Of a stretch of 64,000 nucleotides of DNA, positions 20,460-30,463 are shown in pieces. The notes under the pieces were generated by a model. That model saw nothing but the letters and a program-made list of their open reading frames with translations, had not been told where the DNA came from and did not search any database. Numbering within the stretch: position 1 is the stretch's first letter; each line of letters starts with the position of its first letter. Source of the stretch: Dehalococcoidia bacterium (GTDB taxonomy: Bacteria; Chloroflexota; Dehalococcoidia; SM23-28-2; RBG-16-64-32); contig CAXXTF010000002.1 of assembly GCA_963665775.2 (NCBI GenBank), positions 960,001-1,024,000 of the forward strand, in the 5' to 3' direction. Both the position numbers and the translations under genes were made by a program.

Positions 20460-21335
20460 ATGCGCTTCGGCCTCGATGAGCCCGAGTCGCACTTCTATGA
20501 ATCTCAACGGCTCCGGCTGCACTACGTGGTATGGCGTGAAAGCAGCGGCCCTCCGCTCCTGCTTATCCACGGCAGCAGGGAGCACTGCAGAAGCTGGGAT
20601 TTCGTGGCGCGGACGCTCAAGGACCGCTATACCATCTACGCTCCCGATCTTAGGGGTCATGGCGATAGTGAGTGGGTTACAGATGGCTCTTACGGAACAC
20701 CTGAATTTGTCTTGGACATAGCGACTCTAGCCGAAACGATTGAGGGTTCACTTGCCATCATGGGTTTCTCCCGGGGCGGAAACATCGCCCTGCAGTATGC
20801 CGGAGTATTTCCGGAGAGAGTGTCGAAAGTGATAGCGGTCGAGGGACTCGGACCTCCCATGGTCGCTCACAGCCCGGACGGCATGGCCCCCCCTGCACGA
20901 ATGCGGCATTGGATCGACAGCAGGCGCCACGGGGAGCGACGACGATTGCGCAGGCATGTTTCCGTAGAGGAAGCTACTCGCCGAATAATTGAGGTGAACC
21001 CGCGAGTCAGCCCCGATATCGCTCGCCATTTGGCCCTTCATGGCATCCGGAAAAACGAAGACGGCACCTACTCGTGGAAGTTTGATAACTACCTCGTCGC
21101 AGGCGCAGGCGGTCTGCACCCTGACGGGGGCGAGGAGCTTTGGGCCAACATTCGAGCGCCCGTGCTTCTCGTAACTGGAAGCGAAAGCTGGTCCGCTCAT
21201 CCGGAGTGGCAGGCAAGAGCCCGCGCACTCCCCTTTTATCGCTCGGCGGTTATCGAGGGCGCTGGTCACTGGGTCCACCACGAACAGCTGGACCGCTTCT
21301 TGGAGGTAGTGGAGGCGTTCTTAGCGGACGGCTAA
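20460..21335 (+). CDS. Alpha/beta hydrolase
   Basis: LLIHG, DLRGHGDS, GFSRGG nucleophile elbow, AGHWVHHE. Confidence 0.9.
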   Translation: MRFGLDEPESHFYESQRLRLHYVVWRESSGPPLLLIHGSREHCRSWDFVARTLKDRYTIYAPDLRGHGDSEWVTDGSYGTPEFVLDIATLAETIEGSLAIMGFSRGGNIALQYAGVFPERVSKVIAVEGLGPPMVAHSPDGMAPPARMRHWIDSRRHGERRRLRRHVSVEEATRRIIEVNPRVSPDIARHLALHGIRKNEDGTYSWKFDNYLVAGAGGLHPDGGEELWANIRAPVLLVTGSESWSAHPEWQARARALPFYRSAVIEGAGHWVHHEQLDRFLEVVEAFLADG

Positions 21336-21396
21336 GGCTCGGAGCCAGAAACCCTCCGAGGCCGCCGACGAGTCTGGTCAGCTCACCGCCGAAGCA

Positions 21397-21416
21397 ACAT
21401 TATGTGTGGTTAGTGT
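21397..21416 (+). repeat. Boundary palindrome site 6
   Basis: ACATTAT-gtgtgg-TTAGTGT, between convergent gene ends. Confidence 0.7.
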
Positions 21417-21459
21417 GCCCTTGAGAGGCACCCTTGAGCACCGGAGTCGCCCTGCAACT

Positions 21460-22865
21460 CTACGCCGCCCAATCCAGGGACAGTACCTCGGCCTGTTCGA
21501 GGACGATGATGGTGGCTTTCTCTTGCTTGTCCGGTGGGTAGCCGTATCTCCGAAGGATGCGCTTCACAATCGTCCGGAGCTTCGCCCTCACACTCTGCTT
21601 GACTGTCCAGTCGATGGTGACGTTGCGCTTCACCGCGTCGACGAGCTCGCGAGCGATGGTCCGGAGGGTTTCGTCGCCGAGCACCTGGACGGCGCTATCG
21701 TTGACGCCGAGGGCATCATAGAATGCCAGCTCCTCGTCCGATAGGCCGAGGTCTTCCCCTCTCGCCTCGGCTGCCTGCATGTCCTTTGCTAGCTTGATCA
21801 ACTCCTCGATCACCAGGGCGGTCTCTATTGCCCGGCTCTGATAGGCGCGAACTGCACGCTCCAACATCTCCCCGAAGGACCGCGCCTGGACCACGTTTTT
21901 CTTGGCGCGCACCTTGATCTCGTCCTTCAGGAGCTTCGACAGCAGGTCGACGGCAAGGTTCTTCTGGGGCAGACCGCGTACTTCGGCGAGAAATTCGTCC
22001 GAGAGGATGGAGATGTCCGGCTTCTTAAGTCCGGCAGCAGCGAAGATGTCGACCACCTTGTCGGACACTATGGCTCTGGAGATGATCTGGCGAATCGCGT
22101 TATCGAAATCCTCCTCTGCCTTGCCACTCACGGAGGACTTGGCTATCGCTGCCCGGACGGCCTGGAAGAAGGCAACATCATCCCGGATGCGGATGGCCTC
22201 TTCACGAGTAGGGGCTAGGGCGAAGGCGCGAGAAAGATCAGTGACTGCTTTCAGAAACCGCTCTTTGCCGTCCACCTGGGCCAGGATATGCTCCTGAGCT
22301 GCAGGCAGAACGGAAAGCCGCTCTAACGGAGAGCCGGTCGTGAATGCCGAATAGTCTAAGCCGTCGAACATGGCCGCCACGATCTCGTACTTCTCCAGCA
22401 TGACAGCAGCGGCCTCTTCCAGATCGACGGCCGTGGTGCCTGAGCCGCCGCTCTCCGTGTAATTGGCAATAGCGCGCCGGAGCTGGTCAGCGAGGCCAAG
22501 ATAGTCAACTACAAGCCCGCCCGGCTTATCGCGGAATACGCGGTTCACGCGAGCTATGGCTTGCATGGAGTCCGTGGCCACGCATCGGCTTGTCTACGTA
22601 CATCGTGTGAAGGCTCGGAGCGTTGAAGCCCGTGAGCCACATGTCCCGTACAATCACAGCCTTGAGGGGGTCGTTTGGGTCCCGAAACCTCTTCGCCAGC
22701 GCCTCCCGGCGCGCCTTATTCCGAATGTGGGGTTGCCATGGCAGGCGATCTGAAGCCGAGCCAGTCATGACGACCTTCAGCGTGCCTTTGCTGTCGTCGT
22801 CCGGGTGATGCCACTCCGGCTTGAGGTGGACAATAGCGTCGTACACCTCTACGCAGATCCGTCGG
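21460..22865 (-). pseudogene. hsdR: Type I restriction endonuclease subunit R, C-terminal part (DUF3387), frameshifted and 5'-truncated
   Basis: [37 protein letters not shown] / [27 protein letters not shown]...[11 protein letters not shown]; frameshift near 22570. Confidence 0.9.
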
Positions 22866-23431
22866 CTCTCCTCGATCAGATAGCCGTAGATGGCCTTCAC
22901 CTCGCCAGCCAGCCGCCGGACCCGCCCGACGAGGAGTCCCAGTACCTCCACTATTCGCTCATCGAGCTGAACGCCGCTGGTCTTGCCGATTGGGGATCGC
23001 TTCTTCTTTCCCCAGACACCGAGGCGGACGGTCCCCAGAAACGCCCGAATCTCCAACGGTTCGCCGGGCTTGAGGTTAGGATTCTTCACCAACAGGGCGT
23101 TTGCGACAGCGGGGTCGAACACGATCGCCTCCTCCATCTCGACCAGCGCCCGTTCAAACCAGAGGATGCGGTCGCGCTCAAGGAGCTGCCTCCGCGCTTC
23201 ATCGACCAGCTGAGCCAGCAAACGAAGGTTAGGTAGAAGCACCTGGTACCGGGTTATTACCGCGTGATAGCGGTCCCACTCCTGGCTGCTGAGCGCCCGA
23301 ACCATCTTAAGACGGTCGCCCGGGGAGAGCGCCGGCTCCTTGCGGACGGTGTCCTCTATGGCCAGGCGCGCCTTCTCCTCGGGAGAGAGGGCACGGATGA
23401 TCTCTTCGAGTCGTTTCTCTTTGGACGTCAT
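22866..23431 (-). pseudogene. 3'-truncated copy C of the ~300-aa hypothetical, fused in frame to the hsdR fragment
   Basis: [12 protein letters not shown]...YLIEESR matches 10525..11427, then switches to HsdR sequence. Confidence 0.85.
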
Positions 23432-23438
23432 AGGGACT

Positions 23439-23816
23439 CTAGGCGTTCCTCCGAAGCGTATCTTCCAGGGCTTCGAGCCTGCTCTCCAGCTCGCCCTTTT
23501 CCAGCAGATTTACGCTCACCTGGGCCAAGTAGGCCAGGGCGCGGGAGCGGCCGAGGGAGTTCTCCAGGGACAGAGTATCTACGGCCGCTACTTCGACCAG
23601 TCTCCGGATCTCGGTGACAGTGCCGAGCCCCTGGAAATCGTAGGCGCTGGCGACGGTCTGTTCCTTGCGCCGGCGGAGTCCGCCCAGCCGCCTGGCCTCA
23701 GCGACCTCCTGCGCACGTTCTGGTTCGTGCCAGAAGCAGAACTCCCCCTCCAGAAGGGGTGGAGCGCCGCATACCTCACCGGACTCCTTGCGGAACGAGC
23801 AAAGGCGCGATTGCAC
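23439..23816 (-). CDS. Zinc-motif hypothetical protein, copy C
   Basis: Near-identical to 10135..10518. Confidence 0.8.
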   Translation of the reverse strand: MQSRLCSFRKESGEVCGAPPLLEGEFCFWHEPERAQEVAEARRLGGLRRRKEQTVASAYDFQGLGTVTEIRRLVEVAAVDTLSLENSLGRSRALAYLAQVSVNLLEKGELESRLEALEDTLRRNA

Positions 23817-23823
23817 TTATGCC

Positions 23824-25107
23824 TTACCTTCCCTTACATATGCTAACAGGGGGCTTGCTTGCCATCGCCGGAGTTGGGGCCTTTTCCGCCTTAATGCCGG
23901 TGAAGGACTCCCAGCGGGCGATCGCTATCCGGCAATAGTGTGGGTCTAATTCCATGCCATAGCAGACCCGCCCTGTCCGCTCGGCGGCGATGAGGGTGGT
24001 GCCCGAGCCGAGGAAGAGGTCCAGCACTACATCACCCGGTCTGCTGCTGTTCTCGATGGCCCGCTCAACCAGGGCCAGCGGCTTCATCGTGGGGTGCAGC
24101 TCCGACTCCGCCGGGCGGGGGAGGGTCCAGACGTCACCCTGGTCGCGGTCGCCGCACCAGTCGTGTGTGGCTCCCTCTCGCCAGCCGTACCAGATGGGCT
24201 CGTACTGGCGCTGGTAGTCAGCCCGACCGAGGGTGAAGTGATCCTTGGCCCAGATGATGGTGTCCGACCAGTGGCCACCGAGTTCCTCCAGGACGCGGGA
24301 AACCGTAGCCCACTCCTTGGTGGACATGCAGATGTAGGTGGCACCCTCCACCGACTCCAAGAGGTTCTTCGCCCAGGCGCGACAGAACGCCTCCCATTCC
24401 TCCGGCGACAGAGCATCGTTCTTGATCCGGCGCTTGCGGGTGCCCCGCTGCTGGCCGCCGTGATCGCCGTAGCTAACGTTGTATGGCGGATCCGTGAAGG
24501 CCAAGGAGGCTTGCCCTGTGCCCACCAGGCGGCCAACGTCGCCCTGGTCGGTAGCATCCCCGCACGTGATGCGATGGTCGCCGAGCCGCCAGACCTCGCC
24601 TCGCTCAACGCCGGGGTCGGCCTGGGCCGCCTCCAGGGCAGCGTCGAGGTCAAACGTCTCGGGCCGATCCCGCTTTTCACGGACGTTGAGGGAGCGAAGC
24701 AAGTTCTTGATCTCGTCCTCCTCGAAGCCGGTGAGAGTTATGTCGACCTCGGGGGCCTCGCCCAGCTCGGAAAGGAGGCGGGCCAGCAACTCATTGTCCC
24801 AGTCCCCGGAGATGCGGTTGAGGGCCAAGTTCAAGAGCTTCGCCTGCTCCACAGTGAGTTCCACGAAGATGACTGGAACGGTGGCGTAGCCGAGGCGGCG
24901 GGCTGCCAGGAGACGTTGATGGCCGCCGATGACACATTGGTCTTCATGGCGAGCGATGATGGGGTCTACCATGCCAAATTGCTGGATGCTGCGGGTCAGC
25001 GACTCCAATTCGGCATCGGAGATGCGCCTGGGGTTGAAGGGGTCGGGCCGGAGATCGCCGATGGGGACGTGCTGAATCTCGATTTTCGTCTTCGCTTCTG
25101 CAACCAC
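23824..25107 (-). CDS. ParB-N / DNA methyltransferase, copy C (intact)
   Basis: FTDPPYNV, HPTMKP, DLFLGSGTT; GTG start with GGAGGG RBS. Confidence 0.9.
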   Translation of the reverse strand: MVAEAKTKIEIQHVPIGDLRPDPFNPRRISDAELESLTRSIQQFGMVDPIIARHEDQCVIGGHQRLLAARRLGYATVPVIFVELTVEQAKLLNLALNRISGDWDNELLARLLSELGEAPEVDITLTGFEEDEIKNLLRSLNVREKRDRPETFDLDAALEAAQADPGVERGEVWRLGDHRITCGDATDQGDVGRLVGTGQASLAFTDPPYNVSYGDHGGQQRGTRKRRIKNDALSPEEWEAFCRAWAKNLLESVEGATYICMSTKEWATVSRVLEELGGHWSDTIIWAKDHFTLGRADYQRQYEPIWYGWREGATHDWCGDRDQGDVWTLPRPAESELHPTMKPLALVERAIENSSRPGDVVLDLFLGSGTTLIAAERTGRVCYGMELDPHYCRIAIARWESFTGIKAEKAPTPAMASKPPVSICKGR

Positions 25108-25211
25108 GATGGCCCTCCAAACCAAACGAAAAAGCCAGCCCAGAAGACCTGGGCTGGCCTCAATACTCCACACAGGGTCTTAGCCTGTGAAACCTTCTTT
25201 AATTATCTTAA

Positions 25212-25442
25212 TTATATCACAAGGTAGACCATTTCACTGCAGCCTCGATGTCTCAGGACTTCGGCAGGGCTCCCGCCCGCTGTGCCATTTCTTATGTGAC
25301 GCCACACCTGTCGCCACTCGTTTCGGGGACTCTTGCGGCGACATTGGGGGCAATAGACGACATCCTCTTTCCGCGTCGCGTTTGGCTCCCGGCCAGCCAC
25401 GCGGCCCGCGCCTCTTGGAAGTGCCCCTCCCTCTCTCATCAC
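25212..25442 (-). CDS. Small hypothetical protein with CxxC
   Basis: GGGGAG RBS, YCPQC...HRGC; lies between the recombinase tail and the methyltransferase. Confidence 0.45.
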   Translation of the reverse strand: MMREGGALPRGAGRVAGREPNATRKEDVVYCPQCRRKSPRNEWRQVWRHIRNGTAGGSPAEVLRHRGCSEMVYLVI

Positions 25443-25461
25443 TCCCCTAGACCGACGCCCA

Positions 25462-25700
25462 TCACTTCTGAGCGGGCCCGAGAACTTGGGTCACCCGCGC
25501 CCGTGAAACACCCTGGAGGCGAGCAAGAGCAGCGCGGTTTGGCGCTGCACCCGTTTCAAGCAGCCCTCTCCAGGAGTCCGCCAGATCCTGGACAGCCTTC
25601 CTAGCCGTTGCCTTCCGGCGAGACCAGTTGAGGAGGCTAGCTAAGCGAACGGGGAAAGACTGCCGCAGAACGCTCTGGGACACAAATCCGGGGAGCCAAT
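25462..25700 (-). pseudogene. C-terminal tail remnant of the serine recombinase
   Basis: WLPGFVSQSVLRQSF...L.SL..W.RR aligns with WLPGLVPQSVLRDVF...LPSLSRWIRR in 3090..3770; ends in HTH-like AALARLQGVSRARVTQVL. Confidence 0.7.
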
Positions 25701-25989
25701 GTCAACTATTCCTTCGCCCCCATCCTTCTCCCTCTCCAGCCGATCCAGGGCAAAGAAGGGCAGATAGGCCATCTTGGGGGCGAAGGCTACCTTCTTTCGG
25801 TCTCGCACTGAGGGGTGTTCCCCGCCAGCAACTTTCAGAATCTGTGTAAGGAGATCCTAATGGACATCAGGACAGGAATTACTAAATGTTTCCTGCCGTT
25901 TCTGAGAGCCTATCCCCCAGGTAAATACATGGACCCTGGAGACGTCTCTGATGCGTGAAAGCAAGACTTCGGGCAGCCTCTCCCATTAT

Positions 25990-26049
25990 TCCGGCCTCTT
26001 GGAGGTGTTGAAAGGAGAGGCGGAAAGAGGGCTGGACGCTGGTATGTGA
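25990..26049 (+). pseudogene. Fourth remnant: last codons of the ~300-aa hypothetical
   Basis: SGLLEVLKGEAERGLDAGM* versus SGQLLEILKGQAKRGLDAGG* in copy B. Confidence 0.7.
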
Positions 26050-26094
26050 ACGAGCCTGGCGCGGGCCAGATGCTCGTAATGTACAATCAGTGGC

Positions 26095-27054
26095 ATGGCG
26101 AATGACGCGCCTCCCCTCGAAGTGGTGAGCAAGGACGGCGTCACCTACCGCATCCGACGCCTGACTGAGGTCTCGCAGATCCTACCTCGGCTGGAGAAGG
26201 ACCGCGTCTTCTGTGCCTACGCCATCTGCCAGCTAGAGCCTGGGCGCTTTCCGCACACTCGCTGGTACGTGGCGGAAGGCGAAGGTGATGAGGCCCTGGT
26301 GATGCACGGCACCGGCAGTTTGAGGCGCAGCCTGTACGGCTTTGGGGCCGACCTCTTCTGCATGGGTGACCTAGCCTCACTGGATGCGATACTTTCCCTT
26401 CACCCTGGCCCTCGTTACAAGTCCCGCTTGTGGGCCCAGGTCGAGCACGGCCCGATCCTCAAGCGGCATTTTCGATTGGTAGAGGACGGCCCCAAGCTTC
26501 TAATGCAGGAGTACCGGGAAGAGGTCGGGGCGATCGATCCTGCGATAGTGCGACTGACCGGCGTCGACATTGGGAAGATCAATCGACTCTTCAGAGCGGT
26601 GGGAGGCTCCTTGGGACTCTATCGGCGTGAACTAATAGATCGCGGCCACTGGTATGGTTGGGTTGAAGACGGGCGTCTTGTTGCCGTCACGTCCCACGAG
26701 ACCGTCTCGCCGAGCCACGGGATTGCCATTTACGGCAGGGGCCTGACCCACCCCGAGTACCGGGGAAGGCACCATATTAGAGATCAGCTTAGCATCGCCC
26801 TGAAGCGAGATACCTCAGCAAAGTACCCGATGCGGCTGTCTACGGTCGACCCCGCAAATGCCGCTATGATGCGCCGGGTGATCCGTACGCGGCCGTTGCG
26901 GGATACTGAAGAGGCTGTGCAAGTCCTAGAGTCGCGGGCCTACCGTCGCGGCGTGGTGGGCCTGGCCAGCTTCATCCGGCGGGTGCTGGCTCGGCGTCGG
27001 GCGAGAGAAGCTGGCTTGGCAGCGCCATCCGGTTTGCCCAGGAGAGAAGAATGA
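26095..27054 (+). CDS. Divergent GNAT-fold protein, paralog 1
   Basis: YGWVEDGRLVA...LTHPEYRGR...TVDPAN; TACAAT 7 nt before ATG. Confidence 0.75.
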   Translation: MANDAPPLEVVSKDGVTYRIRRLTEVSQILPRLEKDRVFCAYAICQLEPGRFPHTRWYVAEGEGDEALVMHGTGSLRRSLYGFGADLFCMGDLASLDAILSLHPGPRYKSRLWAQVEHGPILKRHFRLVEDGPKLLMQEYREEVGAIDPAIVRLTGVDIGKINRLFRAVGGSLGLYRRELIDRGHWYGWVEDGRLVAVTSHETVSPSHGIAIYGRGLTHPEYRGRHHIRDQLSIALKRDTSAKYPMRLSTVDPANAAMMRRVIRTRPLRDTEEAVQVLESRAYRRGVVGLASFIRRVLARRRAREAGLAAPSGLPRREE

Positions 27055-28016
27055 GCGCCGCCGGAAGCGAAGGGAAAAGGAACGACCCGCCTCCTGTCGA
27101 AGTGGTGAGCAAAGACGGCATCACATATCGCATCCGACAGCTCACCGAGGTCTCCCAGGTCCTGCCTCGGCTGGAGAAGGATCGGGTCTTGTCGGCCTAC
27201 GCCATCTGCCAGCTGGAGCCCGAGCGGTTCCCACACACGGGCTGGTATGTGGCCGAGGGCGAGGGTGGCGAGGCGCTGGTAATGCATGGCACTGGCAGTC
27301 TGAATGGCGGTCTGTACGGCTACGGTGCGGACCTCTTCTGCATGGGCGACCCAGCCGCACTAGATGCGATACTTGCCCTTCACCCAGGCCCTCGCTACAA
27401 TTCGCGCCTATAGGCTCCGGTCGAGCATGGGCCGGTGCTGAAGCGACACTTTATCCTTCTACGGGACTCTCCGATTCAGGTTGTGGCGAGGACCGGTGGT
27501 GGCAGCAACCCTGACCTTGGGCCGGATAATAACCCTGCGAGACGCCTCACGAGTGCTGACATTGGCGAAATCAACCGTTTGAGGCGTACAGCGGGATCCT
27601 TCGGGATTCTGCGCGGCAAACTCATCGACCGAGGCTCCTGGTACGGTCTATTTGAGGATGGGCGTCTGGTTGCGCTCATCGGTGGGGGGATCGGTTCCCC
27701 TACCTATGGGGTGAGGGTAGGCGGCCGGTCAATAGTAGACCCGAAGTATCGGGGACGCCGCTACGCAGACCTACCAAGCTACGCCCAGCGTCGAGATCGG
27801 TCGGATGACCATGTGTACTCCGTCGTAGTGAATACGGTCGACCCCTTGAACCCAGCCGCGATTCAGCGCAGAAGGCGGCGAGAAACGGAGCGACAGGGAA
27901 GGCTTCGTCGCGCCATGGAGGTGCTGGCGACCTCGGCGTTTCGTCGCGACCCGGTGGGCCTGACCAGCCTCATCCAGCGGGTGTTGGCACGACGAAGGGC
28001 CAAGAGAAGCGCCTGA
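27051..28016 (+). pseudogene. Divergent GNAT-fold protein, paralog 2, with in-frame TAG at 27411-27413
   Basis: SRL*APVEH where the paralogs read SRLWAQVEH; frame continues to RRRAKRSA. Confidence 0.8.
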
Positions 28017-28160
28017 CCGACACTCCCCTACTTGAGCCCTTGCGCGATGAGTGCTCGGAATGCGCCCAATTGTTAGCTAATGCAGGTTTGAGGGTTATCA
28101 CACGCAAACAAGCACGCCCTAAAAGGCCCAGGCTCATCTACCAGGTGTACAATCGACGGC

Positions 28161-29096
28161 ATGGAGAATGACCCGCCTTCTGTCGAGGTGGTGACAAAAG
28201 AGGGCGTCACCTACAAGGTTCGGCGCCTAACTGAGGTCTCCCAGATTCTGCCCCGCCTGGAGAAGGACCGTGTCTTCGCCGTCTATGCCATCTGCCAACT
28301 GGAGCCTGGGCGCTTTCCGCACACACGGTGGTATGTGGCGGAAGGCGATACTGGTGAGGCCCTGGTCATGCACGGCACGGGCAGCCTCAGGAGCAGTCTA
28401 TACGGCTATGGGGCCGACCTTTTCTGTATGGGCGACCCCGCTTCCGTAGAGGTGATACTGTGCCTTCACCCCGGCCCGCGCTACGTGTCCAGACTCTGGG
28501 CTCAGGTCGAGCATGCTCCAATACTCAAGCATCACTTCCGCCTAGTTAATGACTACCCGATGGTCCTTCGAAAAAGCGACCGTGTGGAGGAAGGGACCGT
28601 CGAGCCACCGGTTCGGCGACTTACAGGAGCAGACATCGGGGAGGTCAACCGTCTGTACCGTGCCTGCGGCGGCTCGCTAGGGCGATATCGGAGGGAGCGA
28701 ATAGATCGCGGACACTGGTACGGGATATATGAGGATGGGCACCTAGTTGCGCTCAGTTCGGTAGATGCCACCTCGCCCACGTATCGAGTGTCGCTTTACG
28801 GCCGGGCCCTAGTGCACCCCAAGTACCGGGGGCGGCGCTACGTAGACCTAATGAACACTGCTCGGCGACGGGATACAGACAAGATATACAGCCTGAGGGT
28901 GAGCACACTTGATACCCGGAATAAAGGAATGCAGCGGGTCGAGGCGCGTAGAGGTGTGCGGTCAACAGACATTGGACATGTCCTGGAGTCGAGAGCCTAC
29001 CGCAGGGACCTGGTGGGCCTGGCCAGCCTTGTGCGGCGGGTGCTGGCTCGGCGTCGGGCGAGAGAAGCTGGCTTGGCAGCGCCATCTGAAGAATGA
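28161..29096 (+). CDS. Divergent GNAT-fold protein, paralog 3
   Basis: Same conserved N- and C-termini; VHPKYRGRRY; TACAAT 7 nt before ATG. Confidence 0.75.
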   Translation: MENDPPSVEVVTKEGVTYKVRRLTEVSQILPRLEKDRVFAVYAICQLEPGRFPHTRWYVAEGDTGEALVMHGTGSLRSSLYGYGADLFCMGDPASVEVILCLHPGPRYVSRLWAQVEHAPILKHHFRLVNDYPMVLRKSDRVEEGTVEPPVRRLTGADIGEVNRLYRACGGSLGRYRRERIDRGHWYGIYEDGHLVALSSVDATSPTYRVSLYGRALVHPKYRGRRYVDLMNTARRRDTDKIYSLRVSTLDTRNKGMQRVEARRGVRSTDIGHVLESRAYRRDLVGLASLVRRVLARRRAREAGLAAPSEE

Positions 29097-30034
29097 GCAC
29101 CGCCGGAAGCGAAGGGAAAAGGAACGACCCGCCTCCTGTCGAAATGGTGAGCAAAGATGGCATCACATACCGCATCCGACAGCTCACCGAGGTCTCGCAG
29201 ATACTTCCACGACTGGAGAAGGACCGGGTATTCGCTGCCTACGCCATCTGCCAGCTGGAGCCGGAGTGCTTTCCGCACACGACGTGGTATATAGCTGAGG
29301 GCGAGGATGGCGAGGCGCTGGTCATGCACGGCACGGGCAGCCTGAGGGGAAGCCTATACGGTTTCGGTGCGGACCTCTTCTGCATGGGCGACCCTGCGGC
29401 TCTAGAGGCTATTCTGACCCTCCACCCTGGCCCTCGTTACAAGTCCCGTTTGTGGGCTCAGGTTGAGCATGGTCCGGTGCTCAATCGTCACTTCCATCTT
29501 GTAGAAGTCTCCCCCAAGTTGCTTCTATATCGGAACGTCCAGAATCAACCGGTGCTTGATAACCGGGTGCGCCGTCTCACCGGTGATGACCACAAGGAGG
29601 TCAACCGCCTGTTTCGGGCCGGGGGAGGTTCGCTGGGGCTATATCGCAGGGAGTTGATTGATCACGGTGTCTGGTACGGTCTGTTCGAAGGCCAGCGACT
29701 CGTTGCGCTGGCCTCTTACGAGTCTGTCTCGCCAACATATGGGCTGGCATTGTCTGGCCGATTCCTAACGCACCCAAATTATCGGGGAAAACGCTACGGC
29801 AACCTTGCTGACGCTGGCCGCTTGCGAGAGGCTGCAAGGATCTATCCTCTAGCCGTTAGCACAATCGAAGCTGGAAACGTGGCATCAGCACGGGCATCGA
29901 GTCGGGCACCGACGGGAGCTGGCATAGAGGCTGGGCAAATCCTGGAGTCGCGGGCCTATCGCCGCGACCCGGTGGGCCTGGCCAGCCTCATCCGGCGCGT
30001 CCTTGCACAACGAAGGGCCAAGAGAAGCGCCTGA
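29093..30034 (+). CDS. Divergent GNAT-fold protein, paralog 4
   Basis: Same conserved termini; THPNYRGKRY. Confidence 0.75.
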   Translation: MSTAGSEGKRNDPPPVEMVSKDGITYRIRQLTEVSQILPRLEKDRVFAAYAICQLEPECFPHTTWYIAEGEDGEALVMHGTGSLRGSLYGFGADLFCMGDPAALEAILTLHPGPRYKSRLWAQVEHGPVLNRHFHLVEVSPKLLLYRNVQNQPVLDNRVRRLTGDDHKEVNRLFRAGGGSLGLYRRELIDHGVWYGLFEGQRLVALASYESVSPTYGLALSGRFLTHPNYRGKRYGNLADAGRLREAARIYPLAVSTIEAGNVASARASSRAPTGAGIEAGQILESRAYRRDPVGLASLIRRVLAQRRAKRSA

Positions 30035-30195
30035 CTGACACTCCCCATACTTGCCAGCAGGACTGCGGCTGACAGCGAGCAGCCCGCCGCCACCGCGAGC
30101 GCCATGGCCAGAGTCTTGATCTCCCAGAGTATAAGGTCAGCGAAAAGCAGGCAGCCAAGCGTCCACAGAGCGACCAAGAGCCCACTGGCCGCGTG

Positions 30196-30215
30196 ACACT
30201 ATGAGTTAATAGCGT
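30196..30215 (+). repeat. Boundary palindrome site 7
   Basis: ACACTAT-gagtta-ATAGCGT. Confidence 0.85.
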
Positions 30216-30463
30216 ATCCGGGCCGCTGCCGCAAGGCGGTGACAATTACTCCTGTCAGGACTTGATCCGAGAGGGCCTTCCTCACCTCCAGATCGCGAAA
30301 GGACCACAGACAAACGCGCCGCTGGCCCTCACACAGCGCAAGTTCACTAGCACTCCTGGTCAGCCCCCGAAGCCCATCCAGTTTCCCGACATTCCGGATC
30401 CCTTGACACTCGCACCCGGAGCGGGTACCGTACCATCATTCAAAGGGCCAAAAAGGAGGAGTC

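Noticed and set aside
24094-25227. Long antisense ORFs (for example 24094..25227, 13439..14365, 49302..50210)
   Set aside because: They are shadows of real genes on the opposite strand, as expected at high GC.
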